From assembly GCA_964057225.1 (NCBI GenBank), contig CAXKVF010000075.1, positions 496,001-560,000 of the forward strand: 64,000 nt of DNA, read 5' to 3'. The notes under the pieces are model-generated. The model saw only the letters and a program-made list of their open reading frames with translations. It had not been told where the DNA came from and did not search any database. The stretch's first letter is position 1, and every line of letters begins with the position of its first letter. The position numbers and the translations under genes were made by a program. Below are positions 15,203 to 22,200 of this stretch, in pieces. The stretch comes from Auanema rhodensis. Taxonomy: Eukaryota > Animalia > Nematoda.

Positions 15203-15682
15203 TGTCGCAGTTGGCTATAGTTACCCACCTATGTTTCATGTGCTATATAACGTATAGTTATTCACAAACACTCTGTTGAGTACGTTAAACATTATATTAT
15301 CTTGAGAAGTATGTAAAACATTGATAAAACCTATATCATATAAAATCACATACTTAACTACATATAGTTAAACTACATGAATATAGTACAGTTGAATTTG
15401 TCTTGCAACGACAAGCACGAATATATCATTCTTATTTCATTTAGACAAGTTCTAACAAAGTTACAACTTTGGGCATGTTGCCAAGATCAACTACCGTAAT
15501 CAGATTATCAAGCATGCACATCTAAGATTAGTGATAAGATCAATTGTTTACCTAAAATTGTTGATATAAGATATTTGTGATATATTTTAATCAGTTTAAG
15601 TCTCTCTCTTATTTTTCTAATTTCTAATAAATTCTTTTATTCTTTGTTTTTTTTTCTTTTTTTATTATACAGTCTTTTGACT
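15203..15682 (+). repeat. 5' LTR (480 bp; 479 bp if the TSD is 5 bp)
   Basis: Starts TGTCGCAGTTGG and ends ...AGTCTTTTGAC(T). No differences from 18783-19262 seen by eye. Confidence 0.97.
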
Positions 15683-15697
15683 TGGGGGCCGAACCGG
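15683..15697 (+). promoter_or_regulatory. Primer binding site, tRNA-Pro (nematode-type acceptor stem)
   Basis: TGGGGGCCGAACCGG immediately follows the 5' LTR. It is the complement of ...CCGGTTCGGCCC-CCA, the 3' end of C. elegans-type tRNA-Pro as I recall it. The vertebrate tRNA-Pro PBS would read TGGGGGCTCGTCCGG. Confidence 0.85.
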
Positions 15698-15724
15698 TTC
15701 TCTGCTCGATTGATTGTCTTGTAT

Positions 15725-16054
15725 ATAGGGAAACGTATAGTTTCATAACCTATTTTGGGCGAATAGCTCCGTGATTAAGTCACAATCTGCCCGCATAGGG
15801 TTCTTCCAATTTTTTTTTGGATTTTTTTTTTCATTTTGAAAAAAAAAAAAAAAAAAAAAAATTTTTTTAGCACTTTCTAAGTGTTAATTAATTTTTGGAA
15901 GATTTTGAGAAAGTAATTAACTTTCTCTAATTTTTGATTTCGAGAAGAAATCAAAAATTTTTTTGTCATTATTCGTATAGAATATTCTTGACATATTTTA
16001 ATTTTTTTTCGTATAGAAAACTAATTAATTTTATTTCCAGTTGACGAATAGTCA
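15725..16054 (+). promoter_or_regulatory. Structured 5' leader: array of stem-loops with C-(GNRNA)-G pentaloops, putative packaging signal
   Basis: Seven hairpins read directly from the sequence between the PBS and the ATG (listed in findings). Function is inferred. Confidence 0.65.
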
Positions 16055-16071
16055 TTGCCTACATCTCCATC

Positions 16072-18774
16072 ATGAGTGAGGAACTGGATATCGAAATGAA
16101 CGAGGTAAGATTACCTTTTGATTTTGATAAATTTAAGAGTAATATAGATAACATTCTATCTTTTGCTCAAGAAATGATTTTAAATCATACTAAAATCGGC
16201 TGTAGACCTAGAGTCAAAGCTGAGAAAAAATTAGCTGAAATAGCTACAAATATAAAAATTTCTGTCTCTGAAATAAAATATTTTCAAGATGAAATTAAAT
16301 TGTTAGAGCAAGTCCATAATATATGTGGTACTAACAATGATAATATTTTGATTAAAATTGAAAATTTAATTAATCTTAATATTGAACATGATTCTTTACA
16401 GGCACAAGAAGTGACCGAAAAAAAATTCATGAATCTGTCTTCTGCAGATAATCGGAAAGGTTCGTTAACAAATTCTAAACTTAATGAATCTTTTTCTTCT
16501 TCACAGCTAGAAAGCTTAAAAAGAAAGAAAGAAAACTTTAGCCAAGAGTGCAGTTATCAAGGTGAGTCCTTTAATGATATTGCAAAACTCATGAAAGCCC
16601 AGTTATTACCTGAGGTTACGGCTTATAAGGGTGGATCGTATAGTGAATTCGTTGATTTCACAGAACGATTTAACTATAAATACCCAGATGATGTTTTTTC
16701 TCAACGTGAGAAAAAACTTTTATTCATCAATAAACTCCAAGGCGAGATCAGAAACCGCTATAGAGAGTTACCTGAAGCCATAAAGCAAAGTTCCTTAGAT
16801 GTCATAGTGAACAGTTTACGTAGAGAGTCAACCGTTTCACAAAGGCAGGGAAGAATGCAGGCTACTGAAAACTTGAAAAGTTTGAAATGGAATAGATCCC
16901 AGTCGTTAGTAAATTACTGCGATGAGTTGGAAAAACTAACTCAACTGGCTAATCCAGATTTAATTCCTGGTTTATTATCGTTCGAAAGAGCTAATAAACT
17001 GTACCAAGAACTTTGTAATTGTTCTTGTGGAGTTTCCATCCTTGAAAAAATAGAGGATGAGGAGGACGAAGAAATTTACGAAAAAGTAAAACAAATCGCC
17101 CTCAGATGTGAACGAAATAAGCTAACTCGTTCAATCAATCAATCCAATGAATCCGAGCAGAAACAAAACTTGAGCCGGAAACATTATTCACATTTCTCCG
17201 ACGAGAGAAGAGTGAAAAACACTAACAATAATGAAATTATTTGTGTGTATTGTAATAAAAAAGGACATACGGCAAACGTATGTTTTAAAAGACAAAATGA
17301 AAGAATAGAGAATAAAAGTGGACTTAACACTCCTCGAGAACCACCCAGCATTAACAGAAAAGCTGAGAGTTGGAATCGAGCAATCCAAATCACTTCTTGT
17401 GATTTGAGAAACCCCCCATTGTTTGGTAAACCAGCATTAGGGAGAATGACTTTATGTCAAGTTCATAAGCATGATGCATTAATAGATACTGGATCACAAA
17501 TTTCAGTTATCAGTTCATCATTGCTAGTTCGAGTAATCGACGAGTTGAAACAAAGAAAAATCAACGCAGATGAAAGAATAGTAGAACTACCATGGACTAA
17601 TGAAAAGTTCATAGTCAACGCATCAGGTGATCAAATGTATTTTGTTGGCGCCGTGCGAATGTCTGTTTTGTGTGATGAAAACCACAAAGAGGCAATTGTT
17701 GACTTTTTAGTCAGCAAAAACAAAGAAAATCAAATGATATTGGGTACAAATTGTTTGAATTCTTTAGACATATACTTGAAGTTCAATAAAACTCAAGCAA
17801 TGACTTTAAAAAGAGTGTATTTACCTCCTTTTTCGCAAAATCAAGTGTTAGTTTCTTGTGACGCGATTTCAATAAAAAGAGAAATGTTTTTTAACGCTCT
17901 TACTGCTGTTGCAGTTTCGGGAATATATCCCATCAAAGATAATATATCAACCGTGAATTTACATAATAACACGGACAACCCTGTGATAATTAAGGCAGGA
18001 GAATTTATAGGTCACTGGAGATCTGGTTTTGAAACAATAGAGCCAAATCCAGCGATAAAAAAGATCAGTTTGAGAGAAAAACCTGAACACGAATGCGAAA
18101 TACAGCATCAGGACTCTTACCGATTGGATAAACGAACTTTTGAGAGTCAAAAGTTTAAAGCTCCTAATTTGGGGTTAGTTAAAAATAATGTGCAGGTTGC
18201 TCTAAATGAAGCCGACCTAACACATACTGATATGGTCACAAAACCAATCAGACAGAAAGTTCGACCTGTTCCTATTAGAGTCAGGAACGGATTTAAGAAG
18301 GTTTTCAAAAATCTTCTAAACAAGAGAATGAATGGACCTAGCAATAGTGCTATGGCTCTTCCTATTGTTTCAATAGAAAATAAAAATAGGAATGATAAAA
18401 CCAAAAAAAGGTTTAAATCATACTATGATAAAAAGAGTGAGAAAAAATCCGATTCACCAAAAATAAGTGATCGAGTTTTCATTAAAATACCTTTTGAAAA
18501 AAGAGGTGATCCGAATAAGAAACAAGCTTTCGATTTTCGAGGACCGTACAGAGTGATATCAGAATATAACACTTCTGCATTTATTAATGAACTAGAGGAA
18601 AACAAAAAACCTTTAAAAGTTCAAACAGACTTACTATACAAAATTCCTGACCAATTGGGAATAGTAACTGTTAAAACAAAACGTAATAGAAAAAAAATTA
18701 CGTGTAATCATATCTGTGAAAGTTTTTCCTTTAATGAAGAGATTTTACTTCTCGAGGACGAGAATTTTTTGTAG
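16072..18774 (+). CDS. gag: 900-aa retrotransposon Gag-protease polyprotein with RT N-terminal remnant fused to integrase C-terminal (GPY/F) region
   Basis: Uninterrupted ORF. Capsid-like region YKGGSYSEFVDFTERF; CCHC knuckle CVYCNKKGHTANVC (aa 391-404, 17242-17283); protease ALIDTGSQIS (D472, 17485-17493) and ILG (17737-17745); RT-start-like KPIRQKVRPVP...SNSAMALPIVSIENK (18241-18384); INT-CTD-like FKSYYDKK...ISDRVF...FRGPYRV (GPY at 18541-18549). No YxDD, RNase H, HHCC or DD35E motif found. Confidence 0.93.
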   Translation: MSEELDIEMNEVRLPFDFDKFKSNIDNILSFAQEMILNHTKIGCRPRVKAEKKLAEIATNIKISVSEIKYFQDEIKLLEQVHNICGTNNDNILIKIENLINLNIEHDSLQAQEVTEKKFMNLSSADNRKGSLTNSKLNESFSSSQLESLKRKKENFSQECSYQGESFNDIAKLMKAQLLPEVTAYKGGSYSEFVDFTERFNYKYPDDVFSQREKKLLFINKLQGEIRNRYRELPEAIKQSSLDVIVNSLRRESTVSQRQGRMQATENLKSLKWNRSQSLVNYCDELEKLTQLANPDLIPGLLSFERANKLYQELCNCSCGVSILEKIEDEEDEEIYEKVKQIALRCERNKLTRSINQSNESEQKQNLSRKHYSHFSDERRVKNTNNNEIICVYCNKKGHTANVCFKRQNERIENKSGLNTPREPPSINRKAESWNRAIQITSCDLRNPPLFGKPALGRMTLCQVHKHDALIDTGSQISVISSSLLVRVIDELKQRKINADERIVELPWTNEKFIVNASGDQMYFVGAVRMSVLCDENHKEAIVDFLVSKNKENQMILGTNCLNSLDIYLKFNKTQAMTLKRVYLPPFSQNQVLVSCDAISIKREMFFNALTAVAVSGIYPIKDNISTVNLHNNTDNPVIIKAGEFIGHWRSGFETIEPNPAIKKISLREKPEHECEIQHQDSYRLDKRTFESQKFKAPNLGLVKNNVQVALNEADLTHTDMVTKPIRQKVRPVPIRVRNGFKKVFKNLLNKRMNGPSNSAMALPIVSIENKNRNDKTKKRFKSYYDKKSEKKSDSPKISDRVFIKIPFEKRGDPNKKQAFDFRGPYRVISEYNTSAFINELEENKKPLKVQTDLLYKIPDQLGIVTVKTKRNRKKITCNHICESFSFNEEILLLEDENFL

Positions 18775-18782
18775 GACGGGGA
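18773..18782 (+). promoter_or_regulatory. Polypurine tract (short, imperfect)
   Basis: AGGACGGGGA abuts the 3' LTR and overlaps the ORF stop codon. It is preceded by CTCGAGGACGAG (18751-18762), a GAGGAC-type motif often seen upstream of Gypsy PPTs. Confidence 0.75.
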
Positions 18783-19262
18783 TGTCGCAGTTGGCTATAG
18801 TTACCCACCTATGTTTCATGTGCTATATAACGTATAGTTATTCACAAACACTCTGTTGAGTACGTTAAACATTATATTATCTTGAGAAGTATGTAAAACA
18901 TTGATAAAACCTATATCATATAAAATCACATACTTAACTACATATAGTTAAACTACATGAATATAGTACAGTTGAATTTGTCTTGCAACGACAAGCACGA
19001 ATATATCATTCTTATTTCATTTAGACAAGTTCTAACAAAGTTACAACTTTGGGCATGTTGCCAAGATCAACTACCGTAATCAGATTATCAAGCATGCACA
19101 TCTAAGATTAGTGATAAGATCAATTGTTTACCTAAAATTGTTGATATAAGATATTTGTGATATATTTTAATCAGTTTAAGTCTCTCTCTTATTTTTCTAA
19201 TTTCTAATAAATTCTTTTATTCTTTGTTTTTTTTTCTTTTTTTATTATACAGTCTTTTGACT
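18783..19262 (+). repeat. 3' LTR (480 bp; 479 bp if the TSD is 5 bp)
   Basis: Direct repeat of 15203-15682, preceded by the purine tract and followed by the TSD. Confidence 0.97.
19206..19211 (+). terminator. Probable polyadenylation signal AATAAA in the 3' LTR (twin at 15626-15631)
   Basis: AATAAA lies ~50 bp before the LTR end and is followed by a long T-rich tract. Confidence 0.6.
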
Positions 19263-19266
19263 GTGC
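19262..19266 (+). other. Right target-site duplication TGTGC (or 4-bp GTGC, 19263-19266)
   Basis: T19262 can belong to either the LTR or the TSD, because the 5' LTR is also followed by T at 15682. Confidence 0.93.
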
Positions 19267-22200
19267 ACTTGTTATGTAACTCGCTTCACGTGAAAGATAA
19301 AGAGATGCGGTTTTCAAAATTAGATTCCCCATGTCCATATTATTCTAAAAACAAATTTTTATCGATATTGGTTCATGGTAACCATGACTTTGAAATTTAC
19401 GTGAACTTTAATTTATGCTAATTAAATGTACACGTGATGTGCACTTGGTATGTAACTCGCTTCACGTGAAAGATAAAGAGATGCGGTTTTCAAAATTAGA
19501 TTCCCCATGTCCATATTAGTCTAAAAACAAATTTTTATTGATATTGGTGCATGGTAACCATGACTTTGAAATTTACGTGAACTTTAATTTATGCTAATTA
19601 AATGTACACGTGATGTGCACTTGGTATGTAACTCGCTTCAAGTGAAAGATAAAGAGATGCGGTTTTCAAAATTAGATTCCCCATGTCCATATTAGTCTAA
19701 AAACAAATTTTTATTGATATTGGTTCATGGTAACCATGACTTTGAAATTTACGTGAACTTTAATTTATGCTAATTAAATGTACACGTGATGTGCACTTGG
19801 TATGTAACTCGCTTCACGTGAAAGATGAAGAGATGCGGTTTTCAAAATTAGATTCCCCATGTCCATATTAGTCTAAAAACAAATTTTTATTGATATTGGT
19901 GCATGGTAACCATGACTTTGAAATTTACGTGAACTTTAATTTATGCTAATTAAATGTACACGTGATGTGCACTTGGTATGTAACTCGCTTCACGTGAAAG
20001 ATAAAGAGATGCGGTTTTCAAAATTAGATTCCCCATGTCCATATTAGTCTAAAAACAAATTTTTATTGATATTGGTGCATGGTAACCATGACTTTGAAAT
20101 TTACGTGAACTTTAATTTATGCTAATTGAATGTACACGTGATGTGCACTTGGTATGTAACTCGCTTCACGTGAGAGATAAAGAGATGCGGTTTTCAAAAT
20201 TAGATTCCCCATCTCCATATTAGTCTAAAAACAAATTTTTATTGATATTGGTGCATGGTAACCATGACTTTGAAATTTACGTGAACTTTAATTTATGCTA
20301 ATCAAATGTACACGTGATGTGCACTTGGTATGTAACTCGCTTCACGTGAAAGATAAAGAGATGCGGTTTTCAAAATTAGATTCCCCATGTCCATATTAGT
20401 CAAAAAACAAATTTTTATTGATATTGGTGCATGGTAACCATGACTTTGAAGTTTACGTGAACTTTAATTTATGCTAATTAAATGTACACGTGATGTGCAC
20501 TTGGTATGTAACTCGCTTCACGTGAAAGATAAAGAGATGCGGTTTTCAAAATTAGATTCCCCATGTCCATATTAGTCTAAAAACAAATTTTTATTGATAT
20601 TGGTGCATGGTAACCATGACTTTGAAATTTACGTGAACTTTAATTTATGCTAATTGAATGTACACGTGATGTGCACTTGGTATGTAACTCGCTTCACGTG
20701 AAAGATAAAGAGATGCGGTTTTCAAAATTAGATTCCCCATCTCCATATTAGTCTAAAAACAAATTTTTATTGATATTGGTGCATGGTAACCATGACTTTG
20801 AAATTTACGTGAACTTTAATTTATGCTAATCAAATGTACACGTGATGTGCACTTGGTATGTAACTCGCTTCACGTGAAAGATAAAGAGATGCGGTTTTCA
20901 AAATTAGATTCCCCATGTCCATATTAGTCAAAAAACAAATTTTTATTGATATTGGTGCATGGTAACCATGACTTTGAAGTTTACGTGAACTTTAATTTAT
21001 GCTAATTAAATGTACACGTGATGTGCACTTGGTATGTAACTCGCTTCACGTGAAAGATAAAGAGATGCGGTTTTCAAAATTAGATTCCCCATCTCCATAT
21101 TAGTCTAAAAACAAATTTTTATTGATATTGGTGCATGGTAACCATGACTTTGAAATTTACGTGAACTTTAATTTATGCTAATCAAATGTACACGTGATGT
21201 GCACTTGGTATGTAACTCGCTTCACGTGAAAGATAAAGAGATGCGGTTTTCAAAATTAGATTCCCCATGTCCATATTAGTCAAAAAACAAATTTTTATTG
21301 ATATTGGTGCATGGTAACCATGACTTTGAAGTTTACGTGAACTTTAATTTATGCTAATTAAATGTACACGTGATGTGCACTTGGTATGTAACTCGCTTCA
21401 CGTGAAAGATAAAGAGATGCGGTTTTCAAAATTAGATTCCCCATGTCCATATTAGTCTAAAAACAAATTTTTATTGATATTGGTGCATGGTAACCATGAC
21501 TTTGAAATTTACGTGAACTTTAATTTATGCTAATTGAATGTACACGTGATGTGCACTTGGTATGTAACTCGCTTCACGTGAAAGATAAAGAGATGCGGTT
21601 TTCAAAATTAGATTCCCCATCTCCATATTAGTCTAAAAACAAATTTTTATTAATATTGGTGCATGGTAACCATGACTTTGAAATTTACGTGAACTTTAAT
21701 TTATGCTAATTAAATGTACACGTGATGTGCACTTGGTATGTAACTCGCTTCACGTGAAAGATAAAAAGATGCGGTTTTCAAAAATAGATTCCCCATCTCC
21801 ATATTAGTCTAAAAACAAATTTTTATTGATATTGGTGCATGGTAACCATGACTTTGAAATTTACGTGAACTTTAATTTATGCTAATCAAATGTACACGTG
21901 ATGTGCACTTGGTATGTAACTCGCTTCACGTGAAAGATAAAGAGATGCGGTTTTCAAAATTAGATTCCCCATCTCCATATTAGTCTAAAAACAAATTTTT
22001 ATTGATATTGGTGCATGGTAACCATGACTTTGAAATTTACGTGAACTTTAATTTATGCTAATCAAATGTACACGTGATGTGCACTTGGTATGTAACTCGC
22101 TTCACGTGAAAGATAAAGAGATGCGGTTTTCAAAATTAGATTCCCCATGTCCATATTAGTCTAAAAACAAATTTTTATTGATATTGGTTCATGGTAACCA

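Larger units (their letters stand above)
15203..19262 (+). mobile_element. Non-autonomous Ty3/Gypsy-type LTR retrotransposon (probably a nematode Cer1-like lineage), ~4.06 kb, gag-protease with in-frame deleted pol
   Basis: Direct LTRs 3580 bp apart, TSD, PBS, PPT and one ORF with CCHC and DTG motifs plus a GPY module. Remnant order PR-RT-INT is Gypsy-like, not Copia-like. The Cer1-like assignment is from remembered family features and was not searched. Confidence 0.95.

Noticed and set aside
15661-15671. Alternative canonical LTR end at ...TATACA
   Set aside because: Identity between the LTRs continues 10-11 nt further, and both the PBS and the TSD abut the GAC(T) end.
17184-18605. Short minus-strand ORFs (60-85 aa) inside the element
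   Set aside because: Antisense shadows of the 900-aa ORF with low-complexity F/L/S-rich translations and no motifs.
16072-18774. Domesticated host gag gene or env-bearing virus
   Set aside because: Identical-looking LTRs, TSD, PBS and PPT show a mobile, recent insertion. No env-like ORF or transmembrane segment was seen.
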